DNA from: Mobula hypostoma
Taxonomy: Eukaryota
Reading direction: 5' to 3'
NCBI RefSeq assembly: GCF_963921235.1
Contig: NC_086097.1
Coordinates: 15,128,001-15,192,000 of the forward strand
Length of the DNA stretch: 64,000 bases
Under the pieces are notes generated by a model. That model was not told the origin of the DNA. It saw only the letters and a list, made by a program, of their open reading frames with translations, and did not search any database. The position numbers and the translations under genes are program-made. Positions 12,318-24,079 of the stretch are shown here, in pieces (position 1 is the first letter of the stretch; each line of letters starts with the position of its first letter).

Positions 12318-12645
12318 GCCTTGTCATAGGGTTTGGAGGCTCGCATGCCTCAATGAAGCAGAAAGCTATGTTGGCTGGATTCAGGGCCTTGTGCTTTGAG
12401 TCTTGGCAGGGTCACCCATGCCAAACAGGTCAAAGGGTAGAGGCCGGATTAAGAGTGGTCTACCAGTCCTCCAGGTTTAGGTGTTCAGTTCAGAGCTAAT
12501 AACCGTAACTGGTCAAAAAAAATTGCAAGGGAAACAGCAAAGAATCCTTCCATATCTGCGTGCGATGGTAAACCAATGACAGAAAGAGATGGAGGACCTT
12601 CATTGTTGCCCTAAGCACCAACAGTGCAGCAGTAGGGAAGTAAGG
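12318..12645 (+). mobile_element. Short non-autonomous RTE-type element
   Basis: Colinear with 10160-10470. Confidence 0.65.
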
Positions 12646-13584
12646 AAGGGCTTTTGATGGCTGGTGCTCTGAATGTAGTGGGAAGTGTAGACTGAAGACT
12701 TCCAGCCTTTCAGAAAGTTAGGAAAAATTTAAACTGTGGAGTTTATGAATTTTAAATATGAGATGTTTTTTCGTTGGACGTTGTTATTCATGGTTGGTGG
12801 GTAAAACAAATGTACAAAGTGAATCACTAATTAACCATGATCTAATTGAATGGTGGAACAAGTTCAAGAGGTAAATGGCTTCATTGTCTTTCTACGTATC
12901 TGTTGGTCCCCTGTTTTACAGCAGGTCACTCTCAGTCTTCTACAGACTTAATGGATTCAAGGTCAGACATCCCACACATGGTCCAGATGCCCAAGAAGTG
13001 GGTCTCCATTAGTGCTAGATTAAGGTAGACTGGATTATAAACATGCTTTTCATCAACAAGGCAAACGCTCTACAAGAGTCAACCATACTGCTATACTGCA
13101 ACCATAAAAGCAACCTATAATTATAAGTTTATTTATCCACAAGCCTTTGACTTGAGCCTTTGTTGAAACTTTCCTGGGACCAGCCTTTATTTGACAGTTC
13201 ATGTCACACGAACACAAGACGTATTGGCATTGCGCATGAGTGATTTTCATTTTGTGCTGTGTGCTGGGTTGGGAAATTAGAGGGCTCAGGTTTTGTTACT
13301 GTGCCATTTGCTGTCAAATAGACAGACTCGGACATCTTCACAGTTTCAAACTGCCTGTCAGATTCGGTCCCAGCCCTGTCATAATAAATAGTGGCTGCAC
13401 ATGTAATTCTGACTAAAGAGCCAAGCAAGAAAGAAATCAATTTCAAATTTTTAATATAAGTTTTAATTCCAAACTGAATTCATGGAAAGAAATGATCCAA
13501 ACATATAATGTACTCAGGATATAGTAGAATAGAGCATACTGTCTAGCATGGGCTACCAATACAGCTACAATTTTATTTTTTTTA

Positions 13585-13840
13585 AATTTCGATATAGATT
13601 GTGGTCTTCCGAGCCACTATGCCCAGCAACCCACCTATGTAACCCTAGCCTAATCACAGGATAATTTACAATGACCGATTAATCTACTAACTAGTATGTC
13701 TTTGGACTGAGGGAGGAAATTGGAGCACCGGAGGAAACCCACACACTTATGGGAAGAACATACAAACTTTCTTACAGAGAACACTCGAATTGAACTTGGA
13801 GCTCTTGCACCCTCGACTGTAACAGTGTAGGTTACCTCCT
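13585..13840 (-). mobile_element. V-type tRNA SINE
   Basis: Reverse complement of the V-domain (gggaggaaattggagcaccggaggaaaccc) and B box (cgaattgaac). Confidence 0.75.
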
Positions 13841-14037
13841 CTCCCAAGTATGATCCCACTTCTAATGGCACTGCTGGCTGGTGGAATTACTGTTAAGACT
13901 TGCCCAAAATAAGGTGCAGACTCAAATAAAGCAAGGACAAAAACCAACAAGTACAATCCCACAGGACCACAAACAAGAGACATGATGGGAAAATACTTTT
14001 TCTTAATCTCCTTCATTTGAGGAGGTGCAACAAGAAA

Positions 14038-14895
14038 GTTCAGATTCAGATTAATTTATTTATCTCACATGCATGGAAGCATACAGTGAAATATACAATG
14101 TGTGTATTGAGTGAAATGGGTCATTTGCATTAGCAACCAACACAATCTAAGGATGTGCTGAGGGCAGCCTGTAAGTGTCGCCACACATTCCAGCACCAAT
14201 ATACACAAACAACAACAACAACAGAACACAACAATTAACAAAACAACATCAGCAAAACAAGTCGCTTTCTCCCTCCCACCCACTCACACACAGACTTATC
14301 TCCAACCCCAGGACAGGCCTCTGCATGCTCAGCCTCCAGTGGACTTGCAGACTCGCAGACAACAGTTCTCCGACTTCTCCAGTGGACTCGGACTCTTAGA
14401 CCCAGAGTTACAACCATTGGGCTTCAGCTTCTGGACTTCCAATCAATCGTTGGACTTCAGTCTTCGGTATCAAACCCAGAACTGGCCCATGACAGGATCC
14501 CAAACTCCAGGCCTTGAACTCTAGGCTCACCAACTTGTGTACCTAGGGAGTTACCAATCGTTGTGCTTCCTGCTCACACAAACATCTGATCCTGGGATTC
14601 ACCAGCCTGGGGAAACTCACTGGTCCTCCTTCACAGATATCCTTTGTCACAGGTCCACGTTGCTGGTTTTGAGCACAGAGCAGTAGCTTGGACTCCAGGT
14701 GTCCACGTTGCTGGTCTTCAAACATGGGAGTGTAAAGCAGAAGCCCGGACTCTGGCCTGATCTCTAATTCCTCCATATCCCTGTCCATAAACCCTGATAT
14801 GACTTCTAACTCCCCCAAAACCCTACCTGCAAACTTAAGAAATGGCTAAGTCTAAGCCACAACCTCGATGGAGACTGCAGCTTGGCGCCACCACA
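14038..14895 (-). mobile_element. Non-autonomous LINE-tailed repeat with internal short degenerate repeats
   Basis: (ttcaga)n tail at 14038-14052. The 3' part is homologous to about 47775-47950. Internal duplication aggt(gt)ccacgttgctggt. Confidence 0.5.
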
Positions 14896-15624
14896 TAGAG
14901 GAGACATCTTTTTTTAACCAGCTGAGGAATTGAATACAAGAAGAGCAGGACGGCTCTGCTAGAAATATGCTAACGGAGATTCACAGGGGTACCGCTAGAT
15001 ACTTCCCTGAAACCTGAGACACAGGTCGACAAAATGGCGGAGAAGGCACTGGGCATCAGTAAGAGCAAAGAGTACAAAAGTTGGGATGTCTTGTTACAAC
15101 TGTACAGGACATTGGAGAGACCACACATAGAGTATTGTGTACCATTCTAGCCACAGAGCGATAGGCAGAATGTGGTTACATTGGAAAGGGTGCAGAGATA
15201 ATTCGCAAGGATATTATCGGGGCTGGGGGGGCTTTAGTTATAAAGAGAGACTTGGTTAGGCTGGGGCTGTATCCAGACCAGTTCAAGAGCCTGGTGGTTG
15301 TTGGGTAATAACCTGGTGGTGTGGGAGCTAAGGCTCCTGCATCTCCTGCCCAATGGTAATAATGAGAAGAGAGCATGGCCTGGATGATGGATGCTGCTTT
15401 TATATCTAATACAGTAGGAAACTAAGAGCCCCAGTACGTATAAAAAACCCAGCATCACAATGCAGAAGAACAGGGAATTTATGTCCATTGTCCTGACCAA
15501 TACCCATCCCTCAATCAACAGCACTATAGTAGAATAATTAGCCTTGCTTTGTAGGAGATTGCTATGAGTAACCTAGTTGCTGCGGTTGCCACGTTGCCAT
15601 CATGACCTTTGGTTGTAAAACTGT

Positions 15625-15905
15625 GACTACAACCAGAGGTCATAGGCTAAGGGTGAGAGGTGAAAAGTTTAAGGGGAACATGAGGGGAAACTTCTTCACT
15701 CAGAGGGTGTGGAATGACGTGCCAGCACAAGTGGTGCACACGAGTTCTATTTCAACGTTTAAGAGAAGTTTTGATAGGTGTATGGATGGGCGGGGTAAGG
15801 AGGGTTATGGCCCCAGTGCAGGTCAATGGGAGTAGGCAGTTTAAAAGGTTCACCCTAGCTAGCTATGCCAAAGGTCCAGTTTCTGTGCTGTACTTTTCTA
15901 TGACT
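15625..15905 (+). mobile_element. CR1 LINE 3' fragment
   Basis: TTTRGHRLRVRGEKFKGNMRGNFFTQRVWN...FKRSFDRCM. Confidence 0.85.
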
Positions 15906-17459
15906 CCATGCTTTGGAAATATGAAAAGCACGCAACTCTCTTTTACATAATGCAATCGCAATATTCCATGGCTCCTCTAAGAAGGGCTTTGGGACCTGAT
16001 TTTTATCATTGCAATTGTAAAACTAAACTGATTTGCATGTTTCCCAGACAGATTTTTTTTTCCATTTCAACCCACCTAACGCAGCAAAAGTGAGTGGGTG
16101 GTTCTTGACCTACCTGCTCGAATTCATGAACTCCAAGAGTAATCGGAGGGTGAAATAGCTTTAGTTTTGTGCACGGGCTGCACTAGGGAGGTTTCTACAC
16201 AAAGATGAATGGCAGGCTCCCACTCTGACTCCAATATAACTCAGCTACATGGCCCCCTGAGCCTTGCCCAGATTGCTGCTGCTTCAGTCCCGATCGCTGA
16301 TGGAATTTATCACACCGCACGCTGCTGCCAATTACACAGAAAGCATTGCTTTTACCTCCACAAGAACCAGCCTGAGTGGCCTAATGTAGACAAATCACCT
16401 TGTGGTTATCATGGATTCACAGAGCCCTTCATCACTATTCCTGTCACTGTGGGCCACACTGGTCATTAGTGATGAGACTGTACACGTGCAAGTGCAATTA
16501 GGTGTGGAATAATGCCTGACATGATAGGATTACATATTTCTCATTGCAGTCGTGCGTAAAGGGCACAACTTACTGAGCCAGACCAGCAGAGGGACAATTG
16601 AAAACCTTGCCCTGCGAGCTCTGCTCCTCGAATTATCCGCTTGGCTGAAGAACTTTGCAGGAGAGTCATCGCTCTCACTGATTTTGCCCCTTTTGTGTTC
16701 CGTCAGCCGCAATAATCTTTTAATGCACTCACAATCTTTCCTGATTGTCTCCACGGGCATGTGACCAGAAGTGGTTTGAGTTAATCTGATGGTCTCTGCT
16801 GCTGTAACTGTTTCATCACTTTGCACTGATTTCAAATGAACTTCATGAAGTTTATGGCCGAGCTGACTCGATGGGCCAAATGGCCTAATTCTGCTCCAGT
16901 ATCTTATAGTCTTATGGTCTAAGATTATGGCATGGGAGTAAGCCATTTGGCCTAGCTGATCCAAGCTCCAACATCATAATCCTCCTGTCAACATTACCTA
17001 TGTCTTCTCTCCCCCAACACATTTCGCTGGCTTCCCACTCAGTGCATCCCAACTTTGGCTTCAGCACTTCAATGTAATCTAAACATTGTCTAGATAAAGA
17101 AGCTTCTCCTGAATTCCCCGCCTTACACACAGGCACAGCCTCTGGAGACAGACCCTCATGCATGGGGAAGTATATTTATTTCTTCTATCAAACTATTATT
17201 TAATCTCTGGACTGGTTCTCGATTCTGATTCTAATTCAATCATGATCACGCACAGTTGGCCACTAACACGGTGATCACGCTGCCTGTGTCAAAGGGCTTG
17301 AGTGATGTCACACACACACACACACACTCACTATTCAAGATGTCAAGGTGACCACCACCCACCCTGAGGGAATTTGAGCAGGACATTTGATGCAGTATTT
17401 GGATTTGTGTTTTGTACAGACCCAGGAGCTCGTCAAAATGTCCTGCTATGATTTCCTGC

Positions 17460-18213
17460 TACAAAGTAAATGGCAGGATACTTGGTAGTACAAAGTAAAT
17501 GGCAGGATAATTGGTTGTGTGGAGGAGCAGAGGGATCTCGGGGTACATGTCCATAGATCCCTGAAAGTTGCCTCACAGGTGGATAGGGTAGTTAAGAAAG
17601 CTTATGGGGTGTTAGCTTTCATAAGTCGAGGGATAGAGTTTAAGAGTCGCAATGTAATGATGCAGCTCTATAAAACTCTGGTTAGGCCACACTTGGAGTA
17701 TTGTGTCCAGTTCTGGTCACCTCACTATAGGAAGGATGTGGAAGCATTGGAAAGGATACAGAGGAGATTTACCAGGATGCTGCCTGGTTTAGAGAGTATG
17801 CATTATGATCAGAGATTAAGGGAGCTAGGGCTTTACTCTTTGGAGAGAAGGAGGATGAGAGGAGACATGATAGAGGTGTACAAGATAATAAGAGGAATAG
17901 ATAGAGTGGATAGCCAGTGCCTCTTCCCCAGGGCACCACTGCTCAATACAAGAGGACGTGGCTTTAAGGTGAGGGGTGGGAAGTTCAAGGGGGATATTAG
18001 AGGAAGGTTTTTTACTCGGAGAGTGGTTGGTGCGTGGAATGCACTGCCTGAGTCAGTGGTGGAGGCAGATAAACTAGTGAAGTTTAAGAGACTACTAGAC
18101 AGGTATATGGAGGAATTTAAGGTGGGGGCTTATATGGGAGGCAGGGTTTGAGGGTCAGCACAACATTGTGGGCCGAAGGGCCTGTACTGTGCTGTACTGT
18201 TCTATGTTCTATG
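17460..18213 (+). mobile_element. Young 5'-truncated CR1 LINE, open ORF2 C-terminus (17519-18151)
   Basis: 210-aa uninterrupted EEQRDLGV...LVRPHLEYCVQFWSP...FFTRRVVGAWNALP, a (ttctatg)n tail, and CTATGATTTC at 17446-17455 and 18209-18218. Confidence 0.95.
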
Positions 18214-18248
18214 ATTTCAAAGACAAGGCGATCCTGTACTCTACTCAC

Positions 18249-18362
18249 ATTTTGTGTTGGCTCTTGAAACGGCGGCGGCAGCGGTGACGAATGTGGAGAC
18301 TCGGACTTGTGCGGCGCAGGATACGCCTTACGGATGGCCTTCAGATCACTGGCACTTGACTG
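18249..18362 (-). CDS. Probable internal coding exon (114 nt, phase 0-0) of an unidentified host gene: QSSASDLKAIRKAYPAPHKSESPHSSPLPPPFQEPTQN
   Basis: Acceptor tgtgttcccctctgcag with a tttaac branch-like motif upstream, donor AAT/gtgagt. Length is a multiple of 3, only one of three frames is open, CpG is locally retained, and the sequence is not repeat-derived. Confidence 0.6.
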
Positions 18363-18454
18363 CTGCAGAGGGGAACACATTGCACATGGTTAAAGGAAAG
18401 ACGTTTCCCCCTCCAATGATCCTAACAAATTTATGCAGATAAGCATTTTAACTT

Positions 18455-18917
18455 GTTCCATCACCGCCTAGTATGGAGGGGCTAACTGGAAAGAGCTGCA
18501 GAGACTTGTAAGCTCAGCTGGCTTCATCATGGGCACTAGCCTCCTCACCATCCTCACCATCCTTACCATCCTCACAAGGTGATGCCTTAGAAAAGCGGCA
18601 TCCATCATTAAAGACTCCCACCACCTAGGACATGACCTCTTCTCAACACTACCATCAGAGAGGAGATACACAAGCCTGAAGACACACACTCAGTGTTTTC
18701 AGAACAGCGTCTTCCCCTTCGCCATCAGATTTCTGCACAGTCCATGAATCCACGAACACCACCCCACTACTTTCGCTCTTGTTTTGCACTACCTATTTTT
18801 AATGCATATATATATTTATTATTGTAATTTGTGTTATATTTTATGTACTGCAGCCACAAAGCAACACATTTCATGACACGTCAGCAATAATAAACCTGAT
18901 TATTATTCTTATTCTGA
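18455..18917 (+). mobile_element. Rex/Babar-like LINE 3' fragment
   Basis: CLRKAASIIKDSHHLGHDLFSTLPSERRYTSLKTHTQ and an (attctg)-like tail. Confidence 0.8.
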
Positions 18918-19648
18918 CAGTGTTGGTTATTTGGAGAGGTCTGAATTATGTAATGCCTTCCAAATCACACAATATTTGCAAAACGATATACAACTAATAA
19001 AGTGTTTTTGTAGCATATTCATTTTTATAATGCCTGACACTGAGCTTCTGGTGAATACCATCTGTATTAAGCCTATGTGCTTCAATATTGCGTGAAATTT
19101 GTCGAGAAATATTTGTAATTTATAATTTATGGTGCATGAAATTCTTTTCTATTTTCCTGTAAATGTCTGCAAGGAAATGAATCTCAAAGTAGTATACTAT
19201 AATATATATGTATTTTGACAATAAATTTACTTCGAACTTTAAACTTCAGGCTTTTAATTTTTTTTGTAATTTATAGTAATTTTTATGACTTTGCACTGCA
19301 CTGCTGCCACAAAATAGCAAATTTCATATCATATAAATCAGTGATAATAAATCTGACTCTAATTCTGAAAAGAAGAGTGGTATCTTTTAAAACCCTTAGA
19401 CAGAAAAGAGATAGCACCTTCAGCAGTTCAGCATTCTCTCAGTAAGGCAATGACTGTAGTGGGATTCGAACCATCAACCTGCCAGCCCAGACGGAAGTAG
19501 TATTCTTCCAGCTGACACCAATTGTTCCTGTTTTATTTATTTCAATATTTGTTAATGGTCATTGAATATTCTGATCATGTCTTCAGGAGTCCTGACCTGG
19601 AGTACTTTCCAGGTCAGACATGTGCAAGGAAGCTGTATTAATGTAGAG

Positions 19649-20453
19649 TGTTATGTTTTGTGACTTCAAAACACTGAACTAATTCAAAGAAAGACATGGG
19701 AGTCTGAGATGCAGGTTTAACTTCCAGCTTACTTTAAGCGAGGTATGCACATATCACGTGGTAGCATGATGATGTATGCAATTCATGTATTTAGACCTTA
19801 AGACCATAAGATTTAGGGGCAGAATTAGGCCATTCGGACCATCAAGTCTGTTCCACCATTTCATCATGACTGATCCATTTTCTCTCTCAGCCCCAATCTC
19901 CTGCCTTCTCCCTGTATTCCTTCATGCCCTGACTAATCAAGAATCTATCAACCTCTGCCTTAAATATACCCAATGACTTGGCTTTCACAGCCACCTGTGG
20001 CAATGAATTCTACAGATTCACCACTCTCTGGCTAAAGAAATTCTTCCTCATCTCTGTTCTAAAAGGATGCCCCTCTATACTGAAACTGTGTCTGCTAGTC
20101 TTAGACTCCCCCACCATAGGAAACATCCTCCCAACATCCATCCTATCGAGGCCTTTCAACATTCAATAGGTTTCAATGAAGTCACCCCTCATTCTTCTGA
20201 ATTCCAGTGAGTTCAGGCCCAGAGCCATCAAAAACTCTTATATGATACGCTTTTCAATCTTGGAATCATTTTTGTGAACCTCCTTTGAACCCTCTCCAAT
20301 GTCAGCACATGCTTTCCTAGTTAAGGGGCCCAAAACTGCTCACAGTACTTACACGTATAACCTGAAATGAATTATTTAAACAAACAAATATGCTGAATCA
20401 AACTATATTATTTAAGATTACTCAGATATTATTGAAATATTAAATACACAACA
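19649..20453. mobile_element. Probable solo LTR (TGTTAT...ACAACA) interrupted by a CR1
   Basis: 19649-19793 plus 20350-20453 are colinear with 48028-48237 and have TG...CA ends. Confidence 0.6.
19794..20349 (-). mobile_element. CR1 LINE 3' fragment
   Basis: (taagacca) tail; homologous to 4568-5330. Confidence 0.85.
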
Positions 20454-21763
20454 CAGAACTTTGAGCTGGTCAAGGGGAAGGGCCCAGATTCGCCCAGTTT
20501 AGAATGAACCAGCTTTGCAGTAGCATTTTGGTGAGCATCGTAGATTCCTTGTTGAGTTTATGCATAAGCATTTCCAAAGAACCGCACAGAGCGTTTCCTG
20601 TTCCCTCATAATGCCCATTAGATCAGTGTATCTTCTACATCAATAAAAGGGAATGTGAAGACTAAATTCGATACGATCATGTGCACACACTCACGCATAA
20701 ACACTTGGTTACTCACAGGTACACACTTCCATATTGACACAGACTTTCTTTCAATCATATACATAAACAATCACACACACAAGTAACAGATTCACATACA
20801 ACCAGCCAGACGTTCTCATACCAGCATGCACGTTCTCTCATTCACACAAAGACATTTGGACTCTGATACACTCTTCTTCAGACAATGCACCTGCATTGAT
20901 ACATAGAAAGTGTGACACGAACATATATCTATAGACATGTCCCCATCTCCCTCACTTGGTTCCATGTTCCACCTTCCTCTCTTTTCAATTCCATCATCGG
21001 CAACCGTTTATCACCTCCACCTATCACCTCACAGCCTCTGTCGCTATTTTCCTCCTTCCCTCCTCCATCTGCCTCTCACCTCTCCTCACCTAGATCCACC
21101 TATCACTTGCCAGCTCTTGATGCAGCACATTGCATTGTTTAGTACTAAATATAGATTTCTTAGAGGAACCATCAATTTAAAAAAGAGGGATTTGTTGTTC
21201 TGTTGGTCCATTAGAGAACTAGAATCTCTGCTTCTTTTGAGATTCTGATTACGAAGTTGTGGAACTTGGGATTTAAAGGTCTAACCTGTCAGATACTATC
21301 ATCCCAAAGAACATGAACTGGGTGGTATCATTTCATAACAGCTCACTGAACTTTTAAACAAAGCTCTTCAGATGACACAAGAATGGCCCTGGATCAGCAC
21401 CTTCAAGCAGCACTGCCCTGACATGGTACACAAGTGCAGCCCTTCACCTACATCACCTACAGTCACGTGGTGTCTGTGAATTCCACTGTGGGGTCCGAGT
21501 GCAGTACTAAAAGAAAGACGTGTTTTATACTGCATTTCATATACCTTTCTGGGAGTGCTAGAGAACTTGGCAGCCAATGAACAATGTTTATTGGACAGTT
21601 GCTGTTGGAGTCAACTCATCCTTGCCTACCTGCCCCTCAAGTCCTCTTTAATTTTTTCTCACCTTAAATCTGTGCATTCTAGTTTTACACTTTCATGCCC
21701 TTGGGAAAAGACTGCGACCATTCACCCTATCTAGGTCTCCCATGATTTTATAAACCTCTATAA

Positions 21764-21842
21764 CGGGAGTTCCCAATCTGAGGTCCACGGACCCCGCAGT
21801 TAATGGTAAGCCTCCATGGCATAAAAAGATTGGGAACCCCTG
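21764..21842. mobile_element. 79-bp hAT-type MITE
   Basis: TIRs cgggagttcccaa / ttgggaacccctg, preceded by ctctataa. Confidence 0.7.
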
Positions 21843-21893
21843 CTTTTTTCACTTCTCATCCCTCTATCTTCCAGGGGAAAAAAGCTCCAGCCT

Positions 21894-22452
21894 ATGATGC
21901 AGCTCTATAAAACTCTGGTTAAGCCACACTTGGAGTACTGTGTCCAGTTCTGGTCGCCTCACTATAGGAAGGATGTGGAAGCATTGGAAAGGGTACAGAG
22001 GAAATTTACTAGGATGCTGCCTGGTTTAGAGAGTATGCATTATGATCAGAGATTAAGGGAGCTAGGGCTTTACTCTCTGGAAAGAAGGAGGATGAGAGGA
22101 GACATAATAGAGGTATACAAGATACTAAGAGGAATAGATAGAGTGGACAGCCCGCACCTCTTCCCCAGGGCACCACTGCTCAATACAAGAGGACATGGCT
22201 TTAAGGTAAGGGGTGGGAAGTTCAAGGGGGATATTAGAGGAAGGTTTTTCACTCAAGAGAGTGGTTGGTGCGTGGAATGCACTGCCTGAGTCAGTGGTGG
22301 AGTCAGATACACTAGTGAAGTTTAAGAGACTACTGGACAGGTATATGGAGGAATTTAAGGTGGGGTGTTATATGGGAGGCAGGGTTTAAGGGTCGGCACA
22401 ACATTGTGGGCTGAAGGGCCTGTACTGTGCTGTACTATTCTATGTTCTATGC
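21894..22452 (+). mobile_element. Young 5'-truncated CR1 LINE
   Basis: Near-identical to the corresponding part of 17460-18213, with a 1-nt frameshift near 22256. Confidence 0.95.
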
Positions 22453-22634
22453 TCTATCCAGGATTTCTTCATAACTCAGGCATTCCAATCCTGCTAAAAT
22501 CCTTGCGTGATGTTTTCTGTACTCTTTCCCTGTAAATGGCTCATGATTAATAACTTTTGCTTCCCCTTCCAACGGCTGGGTGAGCAGAACAGAACTGCAC
22601 ACAATACTCCAAGTGCAGTCTCACCAAGTCCAAG

Positions 22635-24050
22635 TTCATTGTCCTCTGACTGTACAAATAAACAATCAAACAGAACAACATTCCACTGGACCATGGGGCA
22701 GCCAGAAAACATAAATCACACACAGCACATAAACCAAAATATTACCATGAAGAGTTCATAGAATATAATTCAAAATGCATGTGAAGTCTGCAGAACAAGT
22801 AAACAGTAAACAGTACAGTAAACGATGTCTTGGTGACGAGACCTTGGAGGAGGCAGGGTATTCATCAGTCTCACAGCTTGGGGAAAGAAGCTGTGACCCA
22901 GTCTGGCAGTCCTAGTGCTGATGCTCCTGTACCTCCTTCCAGAAGGTAGAGGATCAAAGAAACAGTGTGATGGGAGGTAGGGATCCTCACAGTGCTTTGG
23001 GCCCTTCACCTGCAATGGCTCCTGGTAAAATGTTACAAATAGGAGGGATAACCCGGTCATCCTCTCAGTCTTATAACTATCCTTTGTAGGGTACTGAGGT
23101 CCAATGCCTTGCAGTTTCCAGACCACACAGTGATGCAGCCTGACAGGGCACTGTCGATGATGCTCCTGCAGAAAGTTGTTAGAATGGGGGCAGGGAGCCT
23201 TATAGGCCACACTCACAACACGCTGGAGGAACTCAGCAGGTCGGGCAGCGTCCGTGGAAACGATCAGTCAACGTTTTGGGCCGGAACCCTTTGTCAGGAC
23301 TGAAGGGGGAAGCGGCAGAGGCCCTATAAAGAAGGTAGGGGGAGGGTGGGAAGGAGAAGGCTGGTAGGTTCCAGGTGAAAAACCAGCAAGGGGAAAGATA
23401 AAGGAGTGGGGGAAGGGAGGCGGGGAGGGGATAGGCAGGAAAAGTGAAGAAGGAATAGGGGAAAGCACAATGGGTAGTAGAAGGAGGTGGAACCATGAGG
23501 GAGGTGATAGGCAGCTGGGGGAGGGGGCAGAGTGAAACTGGGATAGAGGAAGGGAGGGGGAGGGAATTATCAGAAGTTGGAGAATTCAATGTTCATACCA
23601 AGGGACTGGAGACTACCTAGACGATATATAAGGTGTTGCTCCTCCAACCTGAGTTTAGCCTCATCATGGCAGTAGAGGAGGCCATGTATGGACATATCCG
23701 AATGGGAATGGGAAGCAGAGCTGAAGTGGGTGGCAACCGGGAGATCCTGTCTGTTGTGGCGGACGGAGCAGAGGCCTCCATCTCCTCAGGAAGTGTAGGT
23801 GCTGCGGCGCCTTCTTGACTAGTGAGGAGGTGTTGTGAGCTCATCCATTATGTGCAAACCAAGGAACTCTGTGCTCTTCACTCTCTCCACATTGATGTAC
23901 AATGGAGAGTGGTCGACCTGTGCCTTCCTGAAGTCCACAATCATCTCTCATTGAGACTCAGGATGTTGTGATTGCACCACTTGACGAGCCTCTCTACCTC
24001 CTCTCTATAGGCCGACTCATTATCAGTGAGCTTGATGATGCAGTGGAAAC
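22635..24050 (-). mobile_element. Rex/Babar-like LINE fragment split by a Penelope insertion
   Basis: ORF 22770..23216 ...DPLPSGRRYRSISTRTARLGHSFFPQAVRLMN. The sequence resumes upstream at 23772-24050. Confidence 0.75.
23209..23771 (-). mobile_element. Penelope-like element 3' fragment
   Basis: GIY-YIG-like C-terminus (DEAKLRLEEQHLIYRLGSLQSLGMNIEFSNF) on the minus strand, decayed hammerhead at 23266-23301. Confidence 0.85.
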
Positions 24051-24079
24051 CGTGAGCAGTTTCTAACACCTACGGGTGA

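Larger units (their letters stand above)
21630..22630 (-). mobile_element. Old CR1 fragment hosting a hAT MITE and a young antisense CR1
   Basis: Reverse-strand CR1 sequence at 21630-21893 resumes at 22455-22630 (cacaatactccaagtgcagtctcaccaa). Confidence 0.65.

Noticed and set aside
13204..14016. Two-exon secreted protein (MSLVCGPVGLYLLVFVLAL... spliced to VRITCAATIYY...)
   Set aside because: The donor falls in a SINE head, no domain is recognisable and there is no good downstream donor. The acceptor at 13413 is decent but not sufficient.
18249..18345. Protamine-like Arg-rich frame RPSVRRILRRTSPSLHIRHRCRRRFK in the exon
   Set aside because: It is preceded by an in-frame TGA with no start codon or good acceptor, and is explained by CCG-rich codons of the open frame. 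No SECIS evidence was seen.
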